Source: an uncultured virus (IMG/VR IMGVR_UViG_3300012984_000011)
Taxonomy: Duplodnaviria > Heunggongvirae > Uroviricota > Caudoviricetes
DNA length: 64,000 nt
Reading direction: 5' to 3' (one strand)
IMG/VR virus record: IMGVR_UViG_3300012984_000011
Shown piece after piece: positions 19,013 to 27,631 of the stretch (position 1 is the first letter of the stretch; every line of letters begins with the position of its first letter). Below the pieces are notes generated by a model, which was not told the origin of the DNA, made no database searches, and saw only the letters and a list, made by a program, of their open reading frames with translations. The position numbers and the translations under genes are program-made.

Positions 19013-20763
19013 AAGTATTCATCCTAGGTAAAGGGGCCATCACCCTCAGTCAGAGTGACTATGTGGCTACTGGCGGCCAGGCGTCGGTCTACGTCAAGAA
19101 AGGGACGGCCTACAAAATCTACACGAACCCCAAGGACATGCTGCCTTCGGCCAAGTTCAATGAGCTGCTAAAGATCGCTGATGACCATGTGATCAAGCCA
19201 GAGGACCTGATCCTTGATGGTACGGGGACGAGCGCTCCCATCGGCTACAACATGCGAGCTGTTCCTGACAACCCATCAGCCCTTTGCCAGCTCTTCACCA
19301 GAGCTTATAGGGATCGGAACAACATCGACGATCACCACATCATCAAGATCCTGTACAAGCTCCAACAGCATGTCAAAAACGTTCACGATGCTGGGGTGTT
19401 GGTTGTCGATCTGAACGAGCTCAATCTGCTGGTCCCAGACACTTACGATGATGTCTATCTGATCGACGTTGACAGTTATCAGACCAAGATGTTCCCAGCC
19501 ACGGTCATCATGCCGTCGGTTCGAGATTGGTCAGTAGCCTCCAAGGATTTTTCACCCCTCTCGGATTGGTATTCGCTAGGAGTGTTGGCGTTCCAGCTCT
19601 TCATCGGGATCCACCCCTACAAGGGCGGGTACGATCCGGTCAACCACATCCCCAAAGACCAGCGGATGGAGTACCGGATGAAGCACAACATCTCGGCTTT
19701 CCGGCCAGATGTGCGGCTCCCCAAGTGTTGCTACGACCTAAATGTCATCCCCCAACACTATCGGGAATGGCTCAAGGCCGTGTTGGAAGACGGTAAACGC
19801 CTGGCTCCTCCAGACCCCCGTGGAGGTCAGCATATCGTTGTGGCTCCAGTGGTGGTGGCCCAAACCCTATCAGATGCGCTGGTGATCAACTTGTTCCAAG
19901 ACTTCGACGGTTGGAAACTCACCGCCTACTCTGAGAACAATCTGGGCTCGGTCGCCTACCTGACAGGAGTCAATTCGAAGAAAGAACCTGAGGGGAGGGC
20001 CATGGTGGGTACCAGGACTCTGTATTCAAAACAGATCCCAGCAGGGGTGGTCCATGTGGGCCACACTCCGAAGATGAACCACCCTGTAGGGCTCTATATC
20101 TTCCAGGAGCGTCTGACCTTCATCAATTTCACCAAGAAGACAGAAGAGGTGTTGAACATCCGAGCCACCGCACTAACTAAGAGCGGCGACCGGTTCTACA
20201 TCAAGTGTGGATCTGAGGTCAGAGAAGTGTCGTTCCTGGAAATGAACGATGAGATCTTGGTCACAGCCTCTCACAAGGTGGCGGGCGTGATGGAACAAGC
20301 GTCCCAGCTCTATGAGGGCTGTGCCATTCAGAGCATGCTGGGGGCCGCCTACGTGTCCCTATTCCCTGAAAGCCGAAAGGGGTTCCAAGTGCGTATGCTG
20401 GAACTCGATGACTACCGAATCATGGACGCCAAGTTCGATGGCGGAGTGCTGATGGTGGTGGGATCGTTGAATGGTAAGTACAATCGTATGATCTTCCGAT
20501 TCGATGACAAGTTCTCGACATACGATCAGCGCACCATTCAAGACATCACCCCCTCTGGGCTCAACTTCATCACCCTGCAGAATGGCGTCTGCATCAGCTT
20601 GACGGAAGAAGAGAAGATTGAAGCCTTCTCGGCCAAGAAGGATTCCACCAGCCTCAAGATTGTCGAAGACAAGGCCATCGGCAACGATATGCGGCTCATC
20701 AAGCTGAACGGCAAAGCGGGCTTTATCCGTGGCGACAAGGCCTATCAGATGAGCCTCAAGTGA
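19009..20763 (+). CDS. Ser/Thr protein kinase (TerY-P type) with C-terminal beta-rich domain
   Basis: GGQASVY, AYKIY, VVDLNELN, IDVDS, DWYSLG..F..F.GIHPY. Confidence 0.85.
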   Translation: MKVFILGKGAITLSQSDYVATGGQASVYVKKGTAYKIYTNPKDMLPSAKFNELLKIADDHVIKPEDLILDGTGTSAPIGYNMRAVPDNPSALCQLFTRAYRDRNNIDDHHIIKILYKLQQHVKNVHDAGVLVVDLNELNLLVPDTYDDVYLIDVDSYQTKMFPATVIMPSVRDWSVASKDFSPLSDWYSLGVLAFQLFIGIHPYKGGYDPVNHIPKDQRMEYRMKHNISAFRPDVRLPKCCYDLNVIPQHYREWLKAVLEDGKRLAPPDPRGGQHIVVAPVVVAQTLSDALVINLFQDFDGWKLTAYSENNLGSVAYLTGVNSKKEPEGRAMVGTRTLYSKQIPAGVVHVGHTPKMNHPVGLYIFQERLTFINFTKKTEEVLNIRATALTKSGDRFYIKCGSEVREVSFLEMNDEILVTASHKVAGVMEQASQLYEGCAIQSMLGAAYVSLFPESRKGFQVRMLELDDYRIMDAKFDGGVLMVVGSLNGKYNRMIFRFDDKFSTYDQRTIQDITPSGLNFITLQNGVCISLTEEEKIEAFSAKKDSTSLKIVEDKAIGNDMRLIKLNGKAGFIRGDKAYQMSLK

Positions 20764-20966
20764 CGACTAGAATCCGTCGAGGTAAGGTGGTCGAGATCCC
20801 ACCTGAGTGGGTAGGCAAGACCCCTAGCCCACAGGCCATGCGTAAACGGGATAGCAAACAGATCCGAAAGATCAAACTCCGGCGTGAAATCGGGGGTCCT
20901 AACAAGAAGCACCCAAACACTTGGGCTCCTCGTCATATGGGCGGTCGACGGAAAGACCAAGAATGA
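20760..20966 (+). CDS. Small basic protein
   Basis: GTGA overlap with kinase stop; Arg/Lys-rich. Confidence 0.55.
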   Translation: MTTRIRRGKVVEIPPEWVGKTPSPQAMRKRDSKQIRKIKLRREIGGPNKKHPNTWAPRHMGGRRKDQE

Positions 20967-21013
20967 TTGGTCTAGGGTATTAATTTTCCTCTATGGCGCA
21001 CCGTATGGTAGGT

Positions 21014-21304
21014 ATGACCATGAAAATTGCTATTTTGTCTGCCCTATTGACCCTCACCGCTTGCGCCCATACGGTTATTTCAGAACCGACCGAACAAGTG
21101 GAAGTAATGCAGGCCACTGCCAATCCAGAGTGTTCCCAAGACTTCCAAGATTGTGCCACCTACCATGTGGTGACTTGTGCACGTCAAACCTGCAGCTGCA
21201 CTTGGTGGATCCCCCAGGGGACTGACCAGCAATGGAACCTCGTCCCAGAGACGATGACGTGCGGTCTCACCGGCTGGGACCAGGCGCCGGACGCTTCTCA
21301 GTAG
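21014..21304 (+). CDS. Putative lipoprotein
   Basis: Signal peptide with LTAC lipobox; TTAA-N18-CGTATG upstream. Confidence 0.6.
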   Translation: MTMKIAILSALLTLTACAHTVISEPTEQVEVMQATANPECSQDFQDCATYHVVTCARQTCSCTWWIPQGTDQQWNLVPETMTCGLTGWDQAPDASQ

Positions 21305-21305
21305 G

Positions 21306-21830
21306 TCACTTCAGGTTCAGCTCTACTGGCTTCGAAGAAGCTGGGGCCGACTTCTTGGTCGGAATAATGATCTTGGCTTTGCCGGTCTTGGCGTCTACCT
21401 CGATCTTAGGGCTGGCCTCTACCACCGAATCCACCTTCGCCTGTGTGGCGTCAATCGTCTTCTGAGTGGCGGTTGTGGAGGTTTCGATTCGCTTCTGTGA
21501 ACTGGCAAATTCTTCCTGGCGCTCCACCAAATCTCTGACTTCTGAGCGAGTCGAAGCCACCTGCACGGTAGCGATGACGTTGATCACCAAGCAGACCACA
21601 TTCAGCAATCCCAGTACAATCAGCATAGTGGTGGCTCGGCCGAACTTCAGCACCAAGATGAGCAGCACGTCCACCACCTTGTCCAGACCCGCCTGAAACT
21701 TGCTGGCCGCCTCAACATGGAGTGCGCCACTTAGCTCAATCTCGTCGTGAAACCGCTTACGCATCACATCGAGTTGACCTTCGGAGATCGATCCAATCGC
21801 TTTGATGAGAGAGTCTTCTTTATCGGTCAT
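21306..21830 (-). CDS. Membrane protein with coiled coil (holin/spanin-like)
   Basis: TM segments followed by coiled coil. Confidence 0.5.
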   Translation of the reverse strand: MTDKEDSLIKAIGSISEGQLDVMRKRFHDEIELSGALHVEAASKFQAGLDKVVDVLLILVLKFGRATTMLIVLGLLNVVCLVINVIATVQVASTRSEVRDLVERQEEFASSQKRIETSTTATQKTIDATQAKVDSVVEASPKIEVDAKTGKAKIIIPTKKSAPASSKPVELNLK

Positions 21831-21833
21831 GGC

Positions 21834-22055
21834 TTATCCTGAGCTACTGTTGCGAAATTTTCGGTGGTAACTTGGTCTGTCGAATCGTTCTTCTCTGGCT
21901 CGCTTCATACTAGCCGCCGCTTCCAACAGATTGTCCTGCATCAACAGGGCTTCTTTCAGCTGATCTCGGAAATCTTGGTTGGTTTGAGCCTCAGCTTCGG
22001 CCCTCTCACGATGAGCGTCTGGCCATAAGAATCTCAAGTATTTGAGAAAGCTCAT
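21834..22055 (-). CDS. Hypothetical protein
   Basis: Coupled to neighbours. Confidence 0.5.
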   Translation of the reverse strand: MSFLKYLRFLWPDAHRERAEAEAQTNQDFRDQLKEALLMQDNLLEAAASMKRAREERFDRPSYHRKFRNSSSG

Positions 22056-22459
22056 GATTTTGGGCCCTCCAGCATTCCGACGCTAACTCGAAGATCTGTG
22101 ATCTCCCCCGTTAGCTGCTTGATGGAGTCAGAGAAGTTATCCATTGCCTTTTCCTGGGTCTGCAGAGCTGCCCGCATGGCGTTCTGACTCTTAGATGAAT
22201 CGAGAACAAGATTCGCCGCTCCCTTGTTGACCTCCATCACCAGGACGTTGAATGCTTCATTCAACTTCTGTAGCGTCTCGGCCATCGCCTTCTGGTCAGC
22301 ATGACGGTCATCCTTGGCCTTTAGCAGCGCCTTGAGGGTAACAAATAGCGCTACCATCAAAAGGACAGACAACGACCCTAAGATTCCTTGACTGGCAAGA
22401 AAATCTAAAGCATTTCCAGCAGAAGACTGCCCGGGAACATCGAATGCGAGTACCATCAA
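22052..22459 (-). CDS. Single-TM coiled-coil protein (holin-like)
   Basis: One TM followed by KAKDDR and coiled coil. Confidence 0.5.
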   Translation of the reverse strand: MMVLAFDVPGQSSAGNALDFLASQGILGSLSVLLMVALFVTLKALLKAKDDRHADQKAMAETLQKLNEAFNVLVMEVNKGAANLVLDSSKSQNAMRAALQTQEKAMDNFSDSIKQLTGEITDLRVSVGMLEGPKS

Positions 22460-22504
22460 CCCTATGGGTTGATAAATTGATTCCCCCCAATAGAGACTCT
22501 ATGT

Positions 22505-23188
22505 TCAGTATGGGATGACTCGATCTGGATCGATCGGGAAGTCGTCTGGCACCTCTGCGGGCATCAATTGATTGGAATCGAAGTAGGGTTTCAGCACTTT
22601 GGCGATATTTAGGCGTCCCATCCAAGGGCGGCCAGGATAGGTTGACGCCACTACTTGAATTCGGCCCGCACCCCCCGGCACCACATGGCGAACCACTTTC
22701 TTACCGCCATGCTTCCCATTGAAGAATTGGCCATAATCGTAGCTGGTTAGCTGCTGCTGAGGGGTCAGGTCCGTGATGATGAACACGTGGGTGGTGGCGG
22801 GAGTATCGCCAATCAGCCCCATATCGCCTGGCTGGCCGTTGAACGGGGTGCCAACTTTCCAGGCCTCGTAGCTGGCCCCGGTCCCGTAGACCAGGCGAGA
22901 AATGTTGACACTGACCTGCCAAGGGTGTGTACCATCATCATCCGTACGGTTTAGAATCTTCTCATCCCGCAATCCGGCCCGTCGGAGTGACCAATGGATC
23001 AGATCCCCACAGCTCGAATAACCGTCAAAAGTCTGACGATGTTCAGTTATTTCCTCAAAAATAGGGTCTTTCTCAACCCTACCCGCATCCCCGTTGCATG
23101 CCAATACGGCATTGGCACAGATGACACGCCGCAGCAACTGCTCGTCAAATTGCCCGTGCTGATCATGAAGAGAGATGAACTTGCTCAT
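22505..23188 (-). CDS. Putative Cys/His peptidase (CHAP/NlpC-like lysin)
   Basis: SSCGDL..W, PGD, THV; RBS AGGAG; upstream of membrane genes. Confidence 0.45.
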   Translation of the reverse strand: MSKFISLHDQHGQFDEQLLRRVICANAVLACNGDAGRVEKDPIFEEITEHRQTFDGYSSCGDLIHWSLRRAGLRDEKILNRTDDDGTHPWQVSVNISRLVYGTGASYEAWKVGTPFNGQPGDMGLIGDTPATTHVFIITDLTPQQQLTSYDYGQFFNGKHGGKKVVRHVVPGGAGRIQVVASTYPGRPWMGRLNIAKVLKPYFDSNQLMPAEVPDDFPIDPDRVIPY

Positions 23189-23325
23189 GGTGCGGATCTC
23201 CTACCAAAAAGCAGTTCGAAAAAAGAAATCGTCAAGTATGGCGAGAAGGTGTCGCCTTGCGGTGTGTAGGCCAGAATGCCCCAAGCTCGTAAGAGCAAGA
23301 AAGCTTTGGTGAGATTCTCGTGTTG

Positions 23326-23679
23326 ATGGCCAACGAAGATGAGACATGCCCCGATTGCGGAACGGATCACCCTCAAGGAGTGTCGGAAGACCTCCTACGA
23401 CTTTTCAAACGATTTAAGGAGGCCGACAATCACCTTGATAGAGTCAGTCTAGCGACCGAGATTGCAGAAGTGGCGTTGATGGAACACGACTTCACAGATC
23501 CCAATCTGACGGACGAGTACCATCGCTACTATGAAGATTTCCAGCGTGCGAGGGATGAGTATGAGCGATCCAGCCTGAAACTGGCTCGCCTCAATGTTGG
23601 CGTGATCGAATCCTACCTGCAGGGTCTCGATACCACGGTCGAAGCTGTGTTGGGCTTGACCGACAAGGCCGTCAACTAA
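23326..23679 (+). CDS. Hypothetical protein
   Basis: CPDCG N-terminus, helical. Confidence 0.55.
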   Translation: MANEDETCPDCGTDHPQGVSEDLLRLFKRFKEADNHLDRVSLATEIAEVALMEHDFTDPNLTDEYHRYYEDFQRARDEYERSSLKLARLNVGVIESYLQGLDTTVEAVLGLTDKAVN

Positions 23680-24107
23680 AAAGCCGTATTCGGGTCCAGG
23701 AGCAGCTCGTAGCGAGATCTACGAATGACGGGCTCCTGGACTTCGTTATTGAGGGCGAGGGTGATGTGGTACTTGGGGGTCGGCAGATTGATGGCCCGAT
23801 AGTGGTAATGGACTGGGTCAATCATCCAAGCGTTATCGCTACGTGGGATGTGGTGGTGACGTGCCAGTAGGCTTTCGAAGTACTGGTTGGAAACCTGGTC
23901 CAGGTATTCGGCCATGTACCGCTCAACGAATGTGGCGTCTCCGTGCTGTTCATCGACACGTATTTCGAATGGCTTCAGTGTGTAGACGGTCTCGAACGGC
24001 GTTGCACGATCTGCCCGAATGCCAGTGTGATCAGTGTAAACCGGTCCATCGATGTAGTCTTGCCATGCAGATCTCAGAAGATGGTTGGGTATGATCGTAT
24101 CGGGCAT
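23676..24107 (-). CDS. Hypothetical protein
   Basis: 143 aa; ends SRYELLLD. Confidence 0.55.
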   Translation of the reverse strand: MPDTIIPNHLLRSAWQDYIDGPVYTDHTGIRADRATPFETVYTLKPFEIRVDEQHGDATFVERYMAEYLDQVSNQYFESLLARHHHIPRSDNAWMIDPVHYHYRAINLPTPKYHITLALNNEVQEPVIRRSRYELLLDPNTAF

Positions 24108-24187
24108 CAGGCACTCATCCAGAATAGTAGCACATCCAGACCCGCAAATAGGCTAAGAATAGTCAATTCGATCCAGTAATTTCGCAT
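24107..24187 (-). CDS. 26-aa membrane micropeptide
   Basis: MRNYWIELTILSLFAGLDVLLFWMSA; TGATG overlaps at both ends. Confidence 0.5.
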   Translation of the reverse strand: MRNYWIELTILSLFAGLDVLLFWMSA

Positions 24188-24792
24188 CAAGTTGACCATA
24201 TTCCACTCTTGGTGAGCTGAAATCTGAGCACTACTCGTTCGGTGGAGGTAACTCTTGAACCCAAGACGATCGATTGCTTGGAAGCCGCCCGACTGGCGAT
24301 CGTGATAGGGATGTTGACCATCACACGGCGTTCGCCCTGATCTCCACCCCAGATGGTTATTTCACTAACCCCCCATTCGACGGGAGGTAGTTTGATTGGC
24401 TTGAACGGTCTGTCAGACCAGCTTAGCGTCACATGTGGGCGATAGATGGGGAACTTCTTGCTGTACTCAATCCCAGCCTTGTCAAACGCTTCTCCCAGCC
24501 GCCCCCATAACGCATGCAACGATTCGGATTCGATCTCACATACCACTGGGACACCATGCTTGCCCTCGGGAAAGCCGATGATCTTGGTCGTCTTTACCGT
24601 GAAGGGTTGGAAGGTGGCAATCACCTCATACGCCACCTCTGTCACTCGGGCGATGGTGCTGATTGGCAGAGCATCTCCAAGGTTCAACAGAGTGATGTGT
24701 AGGTCTGATGCGGCTTCCCGATCACCTGGAACTTGGATCTCAGTCAACATGCTGGCTGTGCTGAGTGGAATCGATACTCCTATCATACTCAT
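24187..24792 (-). CDS. 2H phosphoesterase (2'-5' RNA ligase/LigT/Acb1 superfamily)
   Basis: Two HxT motifs: LHITL and PHVTL. Confidence 0.85.
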   Translation of the reverse strand: MSMIGVSIPLSTASMLTEIQVPGDREAASDLHITLLNLGDALPISTIARVTEVAYEVIATFQPFTVKTTKIIGFPEGKHGVPVVCEIESESLHALWGRLGEAFDKAGIEYSKKFPIYRPHVTLSWSDRPFKPIKLPPVEWGVSEITIWGGDQGERRVMVNIPITIASRAASKQSIVLGSRVTSTERVVLRFQLTKSGIWST

Positions 24793-26123
24793 CCGTGCAT
24801 CACCTTTTCAAAGCGGTCAACCGTATCTTGAGACCAAGCGCCCTTCAGCCCATAGTGGCCAATAGCAAAAAGCTCAGCGAAGGTCTCTCCCTCCTTGTAA
24901 CTATATCGAGATGTGTACCATTCTACCCTATCAAAATCGGTTGGTAGGGAGTTCTTGTAAGAATACCGATGTCCAAGTTCATGGATAATGATGTAGTCAA
25001 AGCTACCATAGCCTTCCCCTCGTTTCAGGACGGCGGGTGTGGTGCGGACTAACAGCAGATCCTCATTACTCTTGTATTTTCCACCAACCGTTCCATGGAA
25101 CTCCTTTGGGGAAGCGAAGGCTATTTTTACACCACCCTTTAGAGCCTTGGCCCGCCATCCACCTAAGGATTCGATCAAAGTGTTGAGGCGGTGTGCGTAT
25201 CGGTCCAACGTCTTAGCATCCAAACCTGCCCGATTCAAATAGGTGTTGGCTCCTATCTTCAGCTCAGCAGGAACGGTGGTGCCACCCTCGTCAGAGAAAT
25301 ACCGGACCAAATCACCAAGGCGGGGTTTGATCAAACCCCAGAATTTCTCTACATTAGCCCTGTAGGCATCTGGACTGTCCTTATACACGTGGGTACCAAA
25401 TACCAGCGCCCAATGCAGACCGTCACACCACTCTTTCAGATCCTTCTGCCCCTTGGGAGTCTTCGGAGACTTGAAACGGAAGTTGGCCTCAAACCACTTA
25501 CCCGTATCTACCGCCTCTTTGCCGTCATAGGGAACTGTGTTGAGCAGGTGATCCATCTTTCGCACCAAGTCATGCTCCAACCCAGCCACGAATACTCTCG
25601 CCCCCTCAGCGGTAAGGTCCCACACATGATTCGACGAAGATGGGATCGAACTCACTAGATGCCTATCGTGTAGATCCAACATCCAATAGTGTTGGTCCGA
25701 ACCTTCTTTGGTGGTGATCAGCGACCCAGAGTGCATCAGGTCTAGGGCTTCCCGCTGGTAGAGGCTCATCGCCTCAATGTGGGCTGAATGGTCCAACTGA
25801 CCCGCCTCAATGGCTCGTACCAACGTTTCTTCAGCCGCTTCCTTGTCGCCCCGCCATTGCCCGCCAAAGCCCTTGTATTGCTTGATCGCCCAAGCGACCG
25901 CCTTCTGACTAGGCCACTTCCTGAACCCCTGACCATTGTTGGGGGCATTGATGGTTCGCTCCCCATTTGGCCCGACTCTTGTAAAGTATCTCCGTTCCCC
26001 CTTGGCGACCTGCATGACTTTTTCCCACAGGTTTCGATCCACCGCGTCGTACTGATCCGTCAGATACGGTTTGGAGGGAGCGTCCTGTTTGGCCACCAGA
26101 TCTTCTGCCCAATGTTCGGTCAT
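24789..26123 (-). CDS. Protein with C-terminal zincin metallopeptidase motif
   Basis: HELGH ... SRY...ETFAE. Confidence 0.7.
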   Translation of the reverse strand: MTEHWAEDLVAKQDAPSKPYLTDQYDAVDRNLWEKVMQVAKGERRYFTRVGPNGERTINAPNNGQGFRKWPSQKAVAWAIKQYKGFGGQWRGDKEAAEETLVRAIEAGQLDHSAHIEAMSLYQREALDLMHSGSLITTKEGSDQHYWMLDLHDRHLVSSIPSSSNHVWDLTAEGARVFVAGLEHDLVRKMDHLLNTVPYDGKEAVDTGKWFEANFRFKSPKTPKGQKDLKEWCDGLHWALVFGTHVYKDSPDAYRANVEKFWGLIKPRLGDLVRYFSDEGGTTVPAELKIGANTYLNRAGLDAKTLDRYAHRLNTLIESLGGWRAKALKGGVKIAFASPKEFHGTVGGKYKSNEDLLLVRTTPAVLKRGEGYGSFDYIIIHELGHRYSYKNSLPTDFDRVEWYTSRYSYKEGETFAELFAIGHYGLKGAWSQDTVDRFEKVMHG

Positions 26124-26177
26124 CTCAAGAGGACGTTTTCTTTAGTAAATTGTGCATACCGACACCAGGAGGAAACG

Positions 26178-26954
26178 ATGCAAAAAGACGTGATCATCAC
26201 CGCCTATGCCAACTCCTCCCAAGCACCTTGTGCCAATTGGGCCAAAGAATTCTTCCTAGAAGAGCCTATTGTGTTGGTTGTGCCAGGATCTGATGGCACA
26301 TTCTTCCGTAAAGGAAGGCAATGGGCCGCCTCTGGGGACGCCTTCATGGCCGCCCTCTCGGAATTGGCACCCAAACATAAGGGGGTCGAGATCCGACGAC
26401 GGGCTTTGGTGACGTTTAGTGGTGGGTGGCAGATCGCTAATCAGATCCTGCTTCAAGAATGGGGCAGGGTTGATGCATTGGTGTTGGAGGACGGGCTGCA
26501 CACAAGAGAGCTGGACCATTGGATCAAGTTTGCCAAGCGAGCCGCCAAGGGTGACGCATGGTTGATGATGGCACATACCAGAATCCAACCCCCCTACGTG
26601 TCGGCCCAAGAGACCAATCGACACATCTTTCAAGAGAGCTCAGGAGCCGCCCTATCTTGCAAGCCACTGCCCGAATACTTGACCAAGCCGAAAATCCCCA
26701 AGGAAGGGATCAAGGTATCGGTCCCTCCAGTACGTGATGCCAATGGCAACATTTTGATGCCCGCACAATCAAAGATCTGGACCAAGGATAGCCTGGCCCA
26801 ATGGGAAGGTGCGGGCAATATGTACCGTCTAGAGTATGACGGGAACGACCGGCCCGATCATGTGTACATAGCCCAGCATGTGGCTCCTAGGATTTGGAGG
26901 ATGCTGGGGGAGAGTTGGATGGACGGATCTCAAAAATCTCACCCCCACCCCTGA
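26178..26954 (+). CDS. Alpha/beta-hydrolase-like protein
   Basis: RBS AGGAGG; TFSGG nucleophile elbow, DGLH, C-terminal DH. Confidence 0.5.
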   Translation: MQKDVIITAYANSSQAPCANWAKEFFLEEPIVLVVPGSDGTFFRKGRQWAASGDAFMAALSELAPKHKGVEIRRRALVTFSGGWQIANQILLQEWGRVDALVLEDGLHTRELDHWIKFAKRAAKGDAWLMMAHTRIQPPYVSAQETNRHIFQESSGAALSCKPLPEYLTKPKIPKEGIKVSVPPVRDANGNILMPAQSKIWTKDSLAQWEGAGNMYRLEYDGNDRPDHVYIAQHVAPRIWRMLGESWMDGSQKSHPHP

Positions 26955-27288
26955 AGAACTTCTCGGCTATCTTGAAGACGGGCGTCCCCTTGGGGTATTC
27001 GGGGAAGTGTATTTGGAAGTAGTCCATATTGATGGCCCGTTTGACCGAGGTGACGGAGGGGTCAATGATGAATCCGATCTTGGAGCTACGTTTCTGCGGC
27101 ACCCGACCAGGTTCGTCAAACTTCTGCTTGTAGTAGGCCGATTCGATCCATGCGATCTGCTTCTTGGAAAGACCCCCATAGCGGTGAACCGCATCCCACA
27201 TGCCCTCAAAGACCTCTCGATCTTTGGCCGTCAAGGTGCCTATTTTTAGTAGTTTTTCGAGCATCTGCTTTGCGGGAATGGCTGCCAT
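26887..27288 (-). CDS. Hypothetical protein
   Basis: GGTGTA 10 nt upstream; LSKKQIAW. Confidence 0.6.
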   Translation of the reverse strand: MAAIPAKQMLEKLLKIGTLTAKDREVFEGMWDAVHRYGGLSKKQIAWIESAYYKQKFDEPGRVPQKRSSKIGFIIDPSVTSVKRAINMDYFQIHFPEYPKGTPVFKIAEKFFRGGGEIFEIRPSNSPPASSKS

Positions 27289-27298
27289 CGTCGGCCCT

Positions 27299-27314
27299 TA
27301 CACCAATCGGTGTA
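27299..27314. promoter_or_regulatory. Back-to-back GGTGTA motifs (TACACC-AATC-GGTGTA)
   Basis: 10 nt and 9 nt from divergent ATGs. Confidence 0.65.
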
Positions 27315-27323
27315 CGCAAGCAG

Positions 27324-27623
27324 ATGCCCGAATCAGAAGACTCTTCTAGATTGGTTCGCCTCGCCTATCAGGACGCACGCCAGTATGTTGAGATTCAGAA
27401 GAAGTCAGGACCGCTGTCAAGCGCCAGTACGTCAGCTTACAGCTCATTTCGAGAAAGCTGTAAACGGGCACGTCTGGCGCATCGTCTAGTTCTGAATGAA
27501 GTGAGGAAAGAAGAGTGGGATAAAGAGTGGGAACGAAAACCTCTTAAACCAGGGCCAAGGTTTGTCCCCCCAGAATCAAAGGGTAGATGGGCGCTTCTGA
27601 GGGACGGGGACCCGATGGTGTAG
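27324..27623 (+). CDS. Hypothetical protein
   Basis: ATG 9 nt after GGTGTA. Confidence 0.55.
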   Translation: MPESEDSSRLVRLAYQDARQYVEIQKKSGPLSSASTSAYSSFRESCKRARLAHRLVLNEVRKEEWDKEWERKPLKPGPRFVPPESKGRWALLRDGDPMV

Positions 27624-27631
27624 GGATCCCG

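Noticed and set aside
23261..23326. GGTGTG variant followed by 16-codon ORF MPQARKSKKALVRFSC
   Set aside because: Motif mismatch and ORF too short to support, although its stop overlaps the next ATG
25788..26177. Long N-terminal extension of ORF 25788-26954
   Set aside because: Overlaps the opposite-strand gene; a strong RBS precedes ATG 26178
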